Shown here piece after piece: positions 1 through 12,414 of a stretch of DNA of 64,000 nt. The notes under the pieces were generated by a model. The model was not told where the DNA came from, searched no databases, and worked only from the letters and a program-made list of their open reading frames with translations. Location of the stretch: contig OX597831.1 in assembly GCA_951406725.2 (NCBI GenBank), positions 44,702,001-44,766,000 on the forward strand, written 5' to 3'. Every line of letters begins with the position of its first letter. The first letter of the stretch is position 1. The position numbers and the translations under genes were made by a program. The stretch is from Octopus vulgaris (Eukaryota).

Positions 1-590
1 ACCTATTTCTGGTGCTGTACATAAGAGAATATGATTCTGCCCCAAAACCATGTTTCCGAAATTTTAATTTCACCCCCCCCCCCCCACCACCAATTTATTA
101 ATTTTAAACTTTTTTTTGAATTTTTAATTTTTTTAATCCAAGTAGAAAATTATAGAGATTAAGAATCTGGGAATTTATTTTTTTTAATTTTAATTTTTCC
201 TTAAGAAACACTCAATGCCCCTTCCCCCACGCATCACCTCCCCACTTTCAAAAAACTAAAAACTCTGATGTTTCACACATGTAGAATTCTACTGAAATAG
301 CAGACGTAAAAATATCAGACCACCACTGGAAAACCCAGCATGCTAGAAACAACAGGTAAATGACATTATTTCTGGAAAAACTTCTCTGCTTTCTAAAAAG
401 CTAAAAGTGAAACATTTGGAGCTGATGGGTGGAAGTTGGGGAAGGGGATTTGAATGTTTCTTTAAGAAAAGCTATTTTAAAAAATTCTTGTACACATCCT
501 TTACTTCTGCCTAAAATTAATGATTACCCAATAAAAAATAGTTTTTAAAAAATATTTTACCCCACACTCCTAATTCCAAAATTTTCCCCT
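1..590. mobile_element. Truncated copy of a long-TIR element related to the 50658-51625 element
   Basis: Reverse-complement match to 4010-4563 along its length; shares internal GAAATAGCAGACG..CATGCTAG with the 50.7-51.6 kb element. Confidence 0.7.
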
Positions 591-607
591 ACCAAGTCTT
601 TCGTGTT

Positions 608-961
608 TCTTTTATTCTTTTACTTGTTTCAGTCATTTGACTGCAGCCATGCTAGATTACCGCCTTTAGTCGAACAAATCCACCGCAGGACTTATTCTAT
701 CGGTCTCTTTTGCCAAACCGCTAAGTTACAGGGACATAAACACACCAGCATCGGTTGTCAAGCAATGTTGAGGGGGACAAACACACACATACATATATAT
801 ATACGACGGGCTTCTTTCAGTTTCCATCTACCAAATCCACTCACAAGGCTTTGGTTTGCACGAGGCTATAGCAGAAAACACTTGCCTAAGGTGCCACACA
901 GTGGGACTGAACCCGGAACCATGTGCTTCGTAAGCAAGCTACTTACCACACAGCCACTCCT
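608..961 (-). mobile_element. SINE family A copy
   Basis: Reverse complement of 9735-10130. Confidence 0.85.
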
Positions 962-1284
962 ATGATTATATGTTTTACTAACAAAAAATTATGTTTTCTG
1001 GTTTTCGACGAGAAACAAGTTGAATGTAACCCTTCTTTCTCATTTGCAATGAGACTGTTCTCTGCCAAGAAAATTTATTAAGAATTACAAAATATGCACT
1101 CTCTCTTTATCTCTAACAAAACAGAACCTTGTGTTTTTAGAAATGAGAGTGACCCCTAGCAAGAAGATCACAAATTGAAATTTGAATTGTACACTTTATT
1201 GGTAAGTTGTTTGAGTTTTAATACTTTATCGACAATAATTTAAAGGTAAGTTACAGATAGTTTTTTTTCCATAACATAATTATA

Positions 1285-2835
1285 GGCGCAGGAGTGGCTG
1301 TGTGGTAAGTAGCTTGCTAACCAACCACATGGTTCCGGGTTCAGTCCCACTGCATGGCATCTTGGGCAAGTGTCTTCTGCTATAGCCCCGGGCCGACCAA
1401 TGCCTTGTGAGTGGATTTGGTAGACGGAAACTGAAAGAAGCCTGTCGTATATATCTCTTATTATAAAAGGCAGATTTTATCTGCCTCCCTTTGTCAGTTA
1501 TAGAAATCTACAATATAGGATTTCTTCAATTACAATTTACCTAGCATTTTTAAGAGTAGAATGCATCGGGTTTTGCCAGGTCCAGTTTTTAAAATTTAAA
1601 CTCCAATTAAGCAAAATTTACAGAAAACTCACATTCTGGTGTGTATGTCAAATGCTTTTCTTAGTCTGGTTTACAGCACACGCAAACGCACACACACAGT
1701 GTGCAACGAATAAAGTGAAACTAGATGTAATATTTGTTTCTGTCTATCACGCTGATAGATACATGAGTAAAATGTATGGCAAGCTAAGAGATAAGAGTGA
1801 GTGAAAATGTTCTTGGAAGAGAGTAAATAGTGACAGAGTGATTTGAGGAAGACTAAACTGAAAGTATGAAACAGTGTTTATGTATAAACAGACGACACTT
1901 ATATAAACCCTTTCGTTACCAAACCGCCCGAATTTACCTATTCATATTTAAATGAGAATATCAGAGTAAATCTCTTTAGTACATTCGTGAAAACACGTAT
2001 TATACTTCGTAAACACTTCAAATACAGTTTTGTACAAAAATCGAAGTGTAATTTTAATTCCGTGAATTATGGGAGATTTTTTTCCGAAATTTGTTCCTAT
2101 TGTGTTTTCAAAATTTGTAATTCTGACAAAAAATGGATACGAATTTCATTATATCAAGCAGCGAGTCAGAATTCGAAGGATTTTCTACTGAAGACCTTCA
2201 TAAATCTAACTCTATGACTGAAAAAAAAAAGCATCTTTATATAAGAGTGAAGTTGTGTGTCTGTCTCCTACGATTTAGATTCGTAACTACTCCCACATTT
2301 TGCGGTGCAGTTTAACCATATCGAGCCCTTCTGGGTATTAGCGCGCGTCTACGATGAGTCTACGATTTTAAAAAAATTTACCATCATATTTTTCCATTTT
2401 AATGCATTTTTTTCGCTTTTATATAAGGGAAGTAACTCTCTAAAAATATCTACGATGTGTCAACGATTTAAAAAAAAATTTACCTTAATTTTTTTTTCAA
2501 TTTTTAATGCATTTTTTTGCTATTTTTTGGCTATAACTCTCTAAAAATGCTTATATAGTTATTTCCCTTACAACCCGAGCAATATACTGCTAGTATATAT
2601 ATATATGTGTGTGTGTGTGTTTGTGTGTCTGTGTTTGTCTCCCTAGTATTGCTTGACAACCGATGTTAGTATGTTTACGTCCCCGTCACTTAGCGGTTCG
2701 GCAAAAGAGACTGATAGAATAAGTACTGGGCTTACAAAGAATAAGTTCCGGGGTCGAGTTGCTCGATTAAAGGCGGTGCTCCAGCATGGCCGCAGTCAAA
2801 TGACTGAAACAGGTAAAGAGTAAAGAGTAAAGAGT
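1285..2835 (+). mobile_element. tRNA-derived SINE family A (CORE-like segment, TA/GT linker, GAGTAAA tail), split by the Helitron-like insert
   Basis: 1285-1453 and 2594-2835 join into the same sequence as the intact copy at 9735-10130. Confidence 0.85.
1454..2593 (+). mobile_element. Helitron-like composite insertion inside the (TA)n linker of a SINE
   Basis: Starts TC after A1453 and ends CTAG before T2594 with no TSD; second TC...ATAAGAG-GTGTGTCTGTCT start at 2234; removing it restores a family-A SINE. Confidence 0.65.
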
Positions 2836-3939
2836 ATAATTCTATGTTAATAAACGCTTTTCTCGCAACAATTTAAAGGTATGTTAGAGAGTATTTATTT
2901 TAATAACATAATTTTCTGTTGGTAAATGATTTTCTCTTACACAAACATGCAACAAATTTGATTTTGAAGTATTTTTAAAATTATTTGGAAATTATAAGAG
3001 AAACGAACGGCAAAATCGGATTGTCTACATTTTAAAACAAAACAAACAAAAAAAATCGAAAAACTGTGGTAAGTTTTAGAATTAGGGGGGAGATATTTAG
3101 AAAAAATTTATTGCCAAAATAATGTCTTCACCACTTGACCCTTCTAACCTCTTCTATTTCACCAAAAGCTAGAATTAAGATAACAAGAGCACCAACTAAA
3201 TCTATTGTTCTCAATGATATGTCTAACCTTCTGGATAGTTATAAAAGCAAAACCCCAAGCAAAATTCAGTTAGTCACTTTGTGATAACTCGGTTAGTCAG
3301 TTGGTGACAACTTGTGAGTTGAGAGAGAGCTAACATCAGTTAGTGAACCCACCACTAGAATAATGGCCACAAGCAGGCAGACAAACGGCTAGAGGGAAAA
3401 AGAAAGAAGTTTAGAATCAGCGACTATACGAGACAACATCCCACACTCTCTCACTCTTACTAGCTCACTTTATTTTCTCTTACAACCATCACTCTATTTC
3501 TATCTATAATTACTACTACACAATGACAAGAACACAAACACAAACTATATAAGGAAAATCTACACCTATCTTTACTTCACATGCTTTTGGATTTTATCAC
3601 CTGCCTGTCAAGGCAAGGTATATACAATGTAACAGAGGGGACAAACAAGGACAGACAAACGGATTAAGTTGATTACATCAACCCTACCAGTGAGTAACTG
3701 GTACTTAGTTTATTGACCCTGAAAGGATGAAAGGTAAAGTCGACCCGGTGGAATTTGAACTCAGAACGTAACGGTGGACCGCTAAGCATTTCGCCCAGCA
3801 CACTAACGTTTCTGCCAGCTAGCCGCCTTGCAATCAACAAAGAACCTACGTTTACAAACTGATGACTCTGACATTTCATATTATCGTTATACAAACTTAA
3901 TTTCAACCTTACAAATTCATAAGCTTTCTACCATTATAA

Positions 3940-4590
3940 AATAAAAATTTATCCAAAAAATTTTTCTCGAAATTTTTTTTTTTTTTTGTAATCCATGTAT
4001 AAAAATATGGAGATGACGAATTTTTAAGAATTAAAAAAAAAATTTTTATTAAAGAAACACTCAAATCTCCTTCCCCAACCTCAATCACCTCCCCACTTTC
4101 AAAAAGCTAAAAACTCCGAATGTTTCACTTTTAGCTTTTTAGAAAGCAGGGAAGTTTTTCCAGAAATAATGTCGTTTACTACCTGTTGTTTCTAGCATGT
4201 CGGGTTTTCTAGTGGTGGTCTGATATTTTTTGCGTCTGCTATTTCAGTAGAATTCTACGCATGCGTGTAGCATCAAACGAAAGTGAAACATACGGAGTTT
4301 TTAGTTTTTTGAAAGTGGGGAGGTGATGGGTGGGAGAAGGAGCACTGAGTGTTTCTTAAAGAAAAAATTTCCCAGATTCGTAATCTCGATTTTTCTACGT
4401 GGATTAAAAAAACAAAATTCGAAAAAGAAAGTTAAAAATTAATAAATTGGTGTAGGGTGGGGGAAATTAGAATTTCGGAAACGTGATTTTGGGGCAAAAT
4501 GGTATTCTGCTATATAGAAAACATAGAAATCCGAAAAAAAAAAAGAAAAAACACCGGAAATAGGTGGTGTACACGTCCTTTGCCTTCGTC
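3940..4590. mobile_element. Long-TIR element copy, inverted relative to 1-590
   Basis: Internal inverted repeats (4050-4130 vs 4284-4365); right end CTTTGCCTTCGTC resembles CTTTACCTCCGCC of the Merlin-like element. Confidence 0.7.
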
Positions 4591-4914
4591 GTTTGCCTTA
4601 TGACTCTTGTCATTCGAATATATTTATTATCGCTTTCTTCACACAACATAAATTTCGAAATTGTAGTGGTATTTAGTTTCATTCATTCATATGAATATAA
4701 AGAAAAGGCATTGTATCGTTTCATCCTTCAGTTTTACCTGCTGTTTCCGAGAATATCTCACCAGCAAGGTCACATATGAATAAAAACTATAAGATTAATT
4801 TATATAATTGACAGCAAAGTTTTAAAAAAAAGCAATTAAAAAAAAAAAACGCATCTTGTAACAAGTAGAAGATTAAATATGTCAGCCAAGATCAATAGAA
4901 AAAAAATAAAACAT

Positions 4915-5069
4915 GTCAACCGGAAATGAGCTCATACTGTTGCATGTTGGTCTAGGCTAATTTCCTGTATGCCAGCGAAGTAATCTGAGCGACGGGCACC
5001 ACCTTCGGATTGCCTCAACTGTCGGCATTTACTCCTATCTACTGAGGCTGACGGGTTCTGCTGGTAGGT
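4915..5069 (+). promoter_or_regulatory. Candidate promoter and non-coding first exon of AP1M1 (exon ~4950-5063)
   Basis: Locally GC/CpG-richer unique sequence; two opposed ETS-like sites (ACCGGAAAT 4919-4927, ATTTCCTGT 4960-4968); donor CTG|GTAGGT after 5063. The ATG exon has a clear acceptor, so an upstream exon is expected. Confidence 0.45.
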
Positions 5070-8066
5070 TAAAATGATTTTAGACACATCCCATTATTCA
5101 TAATTAAATTATCGTCTCCACTCCGTCCTGCAGCCTGCAATAATTTCACTTAAATTCTTCCCGAGCTTATAAGCATATGTCTCATCTGTTGTTGCTACTC
5201 CCTTTCTGCAACGACATATTTACTTCGCATTTTTTCTTCCCATCCCGCTTCTATTTACATTTCTATGAATTGCATGAAATATCATCTAATTTTATTATAG
5301 CTCTGTTTTCGGTTTAATTTCTATTGTTATTATTCTTCCTCTAAGTAAACGATTTCACATTCTATAACTGTCAATGTAATAGTCAGCCACATACACGCAT
5401 GCACACACATAACACAACTGTCCCTCAAGAATCGTCTAATTGCCTTTTCATTATTACTTTATAGCAATTATTTAAAACGTCGTTATATATATAACAAAAC
5501 AGAATATGTGAAAGTATATGCAGATAAAAAAAAAAAAAAAGCTACTAGTAATTCAAAGAATACCAATTGTGTATACAGATTTAAGAATATACCAGGTTAT
5601 TTACAGAATCTCTTCTGAAGCAGCTAATAAATGGATTTTAATATCGATATATGAATGGATAAATGGATATTTTGTAACATATTCTGCTAATTTTCTTTTT
5701 AGAGTCAATCAGAGATGAGGTGTAATATGTTTAATAACCAAACTGATCTGGTGGTGTCGGTTACGCCTCTTTTCCTAATTTCCTTCGTAACACGTCAATA
5801 ATTCATTAGTGTTATTTACTACCCCTGTCGAGGAAATCGGGTTACTTTTTGCGATGAGGGAGAACACATATTTGTTTAGTTTCATACCTGTAGATCATTT
5901 ATGTCTAGTATTTAATAAAAAGATCGTGCTTTTTTTTTTTCTTATTTGATTGATATAAACAATTTTCCATTGAGATGAAGACTTATATACGCTATAAATG
6001 ATGTTAGAAAGTGGGCGACAATTTAATTGAATTATCTCATTTCATTCGTCAACGTGTAAATAAATGGTGTGTGCGTGAAAGTTTCTTGAAAGAAAAAAAA
6101 AATGAGTTGATTTGTCGTGAGGAATGAAAAATTGCAACTTTTCAAACAGGGTTGCCAAGAAGCAAGGAACTGCCAGTTCTGTCTAGGTACTGTGTTTTTA
6201 TCCCAATTCATATTTCTATCCTATGAACTCATTGATCTACGCTACCCAAACTTAATCACGTTCCACATCACCTAGTCTTCTATCTGTTAACTCTACTTAA
6301 TTCCGCAGATCACTTTGACCAAATTTCTTCATAACAACACTGTGTGGAGCAACCTTCGGGTTCATATACTCTGATTTTAACAAAACTGTTAACCAGGGGT
6401 CACCAGGTTCTTTTTGTAATGGGCCCACTTTTGATTATTGCTCTTATTTTGTCTTTTCCCACCTGTCTTTTCCCACTTGTCTTTTCCCACCTGTATATAA
6501 TACGATACAAAAATTTCCCCATTTACATTGCTGGCAATGTTTATGCAACCAAAAAATTGAACAAACCCTGACGCAAAAGCCTATCTATGTTGAAAGAGCT
6601 AGAAATACATTACATTTGAAAATTCTTTATAAAAAGTTCGAGGCTCACATCTCACCCCTTAATGGCTCATTTACAGATTGCGGTCCACCTGTTGCCCTTT
6701 GTCTAAAAGGAATATACTGTATAGTTCTACCTTCTCGTACTAATTAATAAAAATTACAGTTTTTTTTTTTTAAGGATTGTGAATTTTAACAAAAGACTAT
6801 TCATCTTTAAAAGGTCAAGTTTTTAATAGTTGATTTATTTCTAAACATTTTATATCCTGTTAAGATCACTTCGGACTTAGGTGGAAGAAACTACGTATAC
6901 GCCTTTATTCAAAACCTTACAGAAAGCATCTTATTATCTACCTGGGTAAGACACGTCATTCTGTGTTTAAAATACAGAAGAAAGTTAACTTTTGAGAGAC
7001 TAGCGTTCTATCCAGAGATAACTGTCTCTCTCATCTACTTATCTGTTATACATACCAGGATTAAACAGTGGACACTACAATTCCTTTTACTTTCAGTGGG
7101 CATTCTGTACACAAGACTTTGCCTTCCGTCTCTGGGGAGAAAGTTTGTACAGGTAACCTATATAGCTAATTATACTCATTCTCCACTCCTACCTAATGAT
7201 TCAGACAAAATAACTATACACCTTATTTAATGTAGTTGTTATGATGATAGTAATTTTTATTGGAATTGTATGCTAACCATTGCTGTATGGTAAAAAAGAA
7301 TATTAAAATGTTTAGCCGTCACTTGGTAGCATGATTTGGAAGTGTGTGCCATACATTTGCTAATTAAGTGCCTATGTATTCATGAGCTGATATAGCCACT
7401 CCCATGGTCCTTCTACACTTGGCCCAGTGAAACAATGAGAATGTGACAGCTGAAGGAGGAAGAGAGAACTGTAGGAGAACAGGTGGCTGGTACAGATTTG
7501 CAGTTGACTACACATGAACAGCATGAAATGAAGTCCATGTTTGAGGACACAACATACCATCCAGCCCAGAAACAAACCCATGACCTTTTGACCATCACCA
7601 TAGCTACAAAGGAAACAAACTTTTCAGTCACCTTATTTGAACATCTTTGGTGCATCTATAACATAGCCAGAACTGAATCCTAAATATTAGCCTTTCTGTT
7701 TTGGGGGTAGGAAAAATTCTTCAAGTCCAGATAACTGCTGACTCTGCAAGGCACAAATCTGGGATGGCATAACAGCGATGTACTTAAGTATTGTCAATTA
7801 TATATATAAAAAGATCAAAAGACAATCAGACTGGTTGGCAAATTTCCACTCACCGTCATGCTGTAACTAACTCACTGACATGTCTTCTCTCTCCTGTTTC
7901 TTCTACCACTACTACATTAGCATCTGCTTCTCAGAACTCCCCAGTTATATTCTACTACTGTCTAAACCCATTTCTCCTCCTATTGCTTCTGTTGTCTCAC
8001 ACAGCTCTATTCTCAATACTAAACAAAATCCCATTATTTTCTCCTAAAAATTTCAACCTTCTAGAC

Positions 8067-8392
8067 CAGTGGTTCTCAACCAGGGTCCATATGACTCTTG
8101 GGAGTCCACACTAGCAAAATTGTAAATTGGGGATCCATGGCAGTATTTTAAGGGTTGATGTCAAGTTTTAATTTAAATGTCTCTACTGCAAGAAGCAGCT
8201 AGGTTTCTTTCTCTAACATTTTATGTAGTTCAACCTGCACAAATAAATGTGAGAAAAATAAATAGGAATTATGAAAGAAGTATCTACAAAACTAGTTTTT
8301 AAACATTGAATGGCTATGGGGGTCCACCAGAAAAAAGTAGCAATCAAAGGGGACCATAGATAAAAAAAAAAAAGAATGGTTGAGAAGCACTG
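8067..8392. mobile_element. hAT (Charlie-like) MITE
   Basis: TIRs CAGTGGTTCTCAACC / GGTTGAGAAGCACTG; 8-bp TSD TTCTAGAC / TTTTAGAC. Confidence 0.85.
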
Positions 8393-9734
8393 TTTTAGAC
8401 CACCCTCGCCATCCTTTTTTAAATTATGGTCTTTGGAGACAGTGAAAGAGTTTTTATGTAATATCAGACTAAGTAAGGACCAGAATTTATTCAATTAAAG
8501 AACTCATTGACTTAGTTACAAGGAAGTTCAATGTTATTCCTACTGTACTAAGAAATCATGACTCTACATGTGTGTATATGTTTGATGTAAAAGAAAATAT
8601 CCTAAAATAAAAGGAAAGTTTTATAAAATGAACCTTCCTTTCATTTTAGAATATTTTCTTTTATACAATCATCTGTTATTATCCAGCCTTCAAGTTTTTC
8701 TTAATGGCTTAGTCAATAGAAGTAGGGCATTCATTACTTTGACCCTTCTCAGGGTCTGTCTGACTTCAGACTAGGGATGTTGCCTCAGTACTTGCAGCAG
8801 AATGACTTTGCAAAAAGCACCCAAGTGGCAAGATGGTAGTGTTGAAAAAAGGGGTAATGGATTAAACTTATGGACAGATAAATGAATAGCACATTTGTTT
8901 ATTTTTGGTATTTAATCCTTTTGGACTATCTATCTGGATTAACAACATTTCTGAAAGTGCACTACCCCCAGTTTATTTTAATTTTTTTTATAACATCTGT
9001 GCAGATGTTATAGAACAGTATATTAGTGTATTAACACGAAGGTTTGGAGGAAGCAAACCCTAAGTTGCATATTAGAAAGAGATGGAACAGTACTTGGAAT
9101 GGTATATATATATATATATACATCTCTTAAGTGCTTATTATTTTGTTGATAGTATAGAATACTTAATTTTAGTTAGATTTGAATCTTTGGTCTTAGAAAA
9201 TTTGTTTAGAAAGAATTTACTGGTAGTGAAAAAAATAAAAAAATAACTATTGCTGAATAATTGCCAACTTTGTTAATTATCTTACTATTTAAACAACAAA
9301 ATAATCAGAAGGGCAATCATTATAAGATCAGGCATCTAGATGAGAAAGAAACCAAGTTGCAGTCCAAGGTTCTTTATAATAGGTAAAGAATAGAGTCTAT
9401 TCTATTTCTTTTCTTTTTTAGTACAGTTATTAAAACACTTCTTGCATCATCCTCTCATTAGGGTGTAGCTCATTAAAAGTTCATATACCTAGAAACATGT
9501 ACAAAACTGGTTGCATTTTGGCAACACATTTCATTTGGCAAAGAAGATTATGGTGTCATAATTTTCACCACATAACTCGAACCTGTTCACAGTTGTGAAA
9601 CTGCATCAGCAATCAGGTTGTCATTGTGTGATGAAAATTTTGATACTTCAAGAAATGAATAGAAAGTAAATTTAACTGGGTTTGGTCTGGATTTTTTAAT
9701 GGCTGAAAAAAAAAAAAAATAGATTATGTATATT

Positions 9735-10130
9735 GTGCAGGAGTGGCTGTGTGGTAAGTAGCTTGCTTACCAACCACATGGTTCCGGGTTCAGTCCCACT
9801 GCGTGGCATCTTGGGCAAGTGTCTTCTGCTATAGCCTCGGGCCAACCAATGCCTCGTGAGTGGATTTGGTAGAGGGAAACTGAAAGAAGCCTGTCGTATA
9901 TATGTATATATATATGTATGTGTGTGTGTCTGTGTTTGTCCCCCTAGCATTGGTTGACAACCGATGCTGGTGTGTTTATGTCCCCGTCGCTTAGCGGTTC
10001 GGCAAAAGAGACCGATAGAATAAGTACTGGGCTTACAAAGAATAAGTCCCGGGGTCGATTTGCTCGACTAAAGGCGGTGCTCCAGCATGGCCGCAGTCAA
10101 ATGACTGAAACAAGTAAAAGAGTAAAGAGT
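9735..10130 (+). mobile_element. SINE family A, intact copy; others at 12622-12975(+), 24282-24445(+), 29790-29938(-), 30225-30605(-), 30950-31322(-)
   Basis: A box TGGCTGTGTGG, B-like GGTTCAGTCCC, CORE-like CTTGGGCAAGTG, (TA)n(GT)n linker, tail GACTGAAACAAGTAAAAGAGTAAAGAGT. Confidence 0.9.
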
Positions 10131-10541
10131 ATTGCACAACACTTCTCAAAATTATCATGGTTTAAAAGTTCTTATAAAATAAAGTAAAACTTGCTAGGCA
10201 TAGTTGTGTGGTTAAGAAGATTGCTTTGCAACCACACAGTTTTGGGTTCAGTCCCTCTGTAAGGCACCTTAGGTAAGTGTCCTTTACTATAGTAAGTGGT
10301 ACACTTACACTTGGGTGTCTTCTACATATCCCAGATATGTAGCAGTACTCTCTAACAGGAAGGTGCCTTGCAGAGTCTGCAATTATTTGAACTTGAAGTA
10401 TTTTTCCTGTTCCCAAAACAGAAAGAAAGGCTGATTCAATGTTATAGATAGATGCACCAGAGATAAGTGTCACTTAGGCCAACCAGTGCCTTGTGTGTGA
10501 ATTTGGTACATAGAAACTGTGAGGAGGCCTGTCACACACAC

Positions 10542-10576
<35 letters not shown>

Positions 10577-10854
10577 TATGCATATGAGAGGTCATCCCTC
10601 TCATATGTATGTAATACAATTTACTGAACCTTCAAATTTTAATATGCTAGACCACTGCTTTTAAATTGATGTTAATCAAATTAATATCCAATTTTTCACT
10701 CATTTTAAATTTAAATTTATATATATACTAGCACTATGACCCTAGGGCTGCAGAAGAAGACACTTGTCTATGTATTGCACAGCGGTACTGAACCCGAGAC
10801 CATATGGTTGAGAAGCAAGCTTCTTAACCACACAGCCATGCCTGCACCTATTAT

Positions 10855-11435
10855 GTACATCTAAAAGATTGGATAGATACGGGTGGAATGAAATTCTTGA
10901 TAGATAAAAGATGGTCCTGTTAAGTTGTTAAAGAAACCTGCCTTATTAGTTTGAGACCATCTTCAGATTCACACACTCAAGCTTATTTACAGGAAAGTCG
11001 GACAACTGAAAACCAGGAAACCTAACCATTCACTAGCTGCCTTTAGAGGTCTCAATAAGCCATTTAAGGGATTCGGAATGGAGGAATGGAACAAATAGAT
11101 GCAAGCTTTCAGATCGGGAAGTGATGCCAAAAGAATGAAGAAGAGGTCTGCTATTGCACACATGTTTGAGGAGGTTAAAAGTTCATTGAATGCTGTAAAA
11201 GAAGTTGTAGTTATGAAATGATTTTTTAAAAATGTAACGTTACAAATGCTCAGAAGACAATTTGTTGTTTCAAGAAAATTTTACTGATGCAGACTTTGCT
11301 GCTGAGAATTCCAGCAATAAAGGGGAATGATATGAATGCCAGCAGCGAAAATGAGTTTTCAGGCTTTGGAGATACTGTTTTACTTCATTCTGGTGTTAAT
11401 GATTTCCTAGGTGTTGTGGACGATGATAATTAAAT
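10855..11435 (+). mobile_element. Degenerate pogo/Tigger-like (DDE_1) transposase 3' remnant
   Basis: Fragmentary translations WIDTGGMKF, KPALLV*DHLQIH, LPLEVSNKPFK, KCNVTNA and ENEFSGF match the pogo C-terminal layout. Confidence 0.6.
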
Positions 11436-11774
11436 AAACTCTCATTGTATAATTTTTATTTTATATACCTGTCTTTTACCTCTTGCTCTGTCATATATTC
11501 TATATACTCTTCATTGAAAAACCAGTTTCTGGTAGAATATATAAAATTTTTTTTTTCCCTAACTGCTTGTTGTGCACTAATATTAGTGAAATATTTGCTC
11601 TCTTTTACTGTTTTGCTTGCTTCAGTCATCTGACCGGCTATGCTGGAGCACCGCCTTTAGTAAAAAAAATTGACCCCAGGACCCGTTCTGTCGGTCTCTT
11701 TTGCTGAACTGCTAAGTTATGGGGACATAAACACACCAACATCAGTTGTCATGTGATGGACAGGGTACAGATAT

Positions 11775-12231
11775 CACCATCGTTCAATGTCCGCTTTCCA
11801 TGCTAACATGAGTTGGACGATTTGACTGAGGACTGGCGAACCAGATGGCTGCACCAGGCTCCAATCTGATCTGGCAGAGTTTCTACAGCTGGATGCCCTT
11901 CCTAACACCAACCTCTCCGAGATTGTAGTGGGTGCTTTTACGTGCCACCGGCACGAGGGCCAGTCAGGCGGTATTGGCAACGGCCATGCTCAAATGGTGT
12001 TTTTTACGTGCCACCTGCACAGGAGCCAGTCCAGCAGCACTGGCAACGACCTTGCTTGAATGTTTTTTCACATGCCAGTAAGGTGACGATGGTAACGATT
12101 ACATTCGAATGGTGCTTTTTATGTGCCACTGGCACAGAAGCCTGTCAGCTGCTCTGGCAACGATCACGCTTGGATAGTGCTCTTAGCGCTCCACTAGCAC
12201 AGATGCCAATCATCGAATTTGATTTCGATTG

Positions 12232-12270
<39 letters not shown>

Positions 12271-12414
12271 CATATCTACGACGGGCTTCTTTCAGTTTCC
12301 GTCTACCAAATCCACTCAAAAGGCTTTGGTCGGCCCAAGGCTATAGTAGAGGACACTTACCCAAGGTGCCATGCAGTGGGACTGAACTCAGAACCTTGTG
12401 GTTGGGAAGCAAGC
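11775..12414 (-). mobile_element. SINE with family-A head + (TA)n + family-C body (pseudoknot-like repeats, GGAAGGGCATCCAGC, GAT tail)
   Basis: Head 12278-12414 matches family A; body 11775-12230 matches 58110-58562. Confidence 0.8.

Noticed and set aside
603-965. 120-aa ORF and similar ORFs at 9696, 9954, 12219, 44219, 44525
   Set aside because: They are recurrent translations of SINE family A and microsatellites, not genes.
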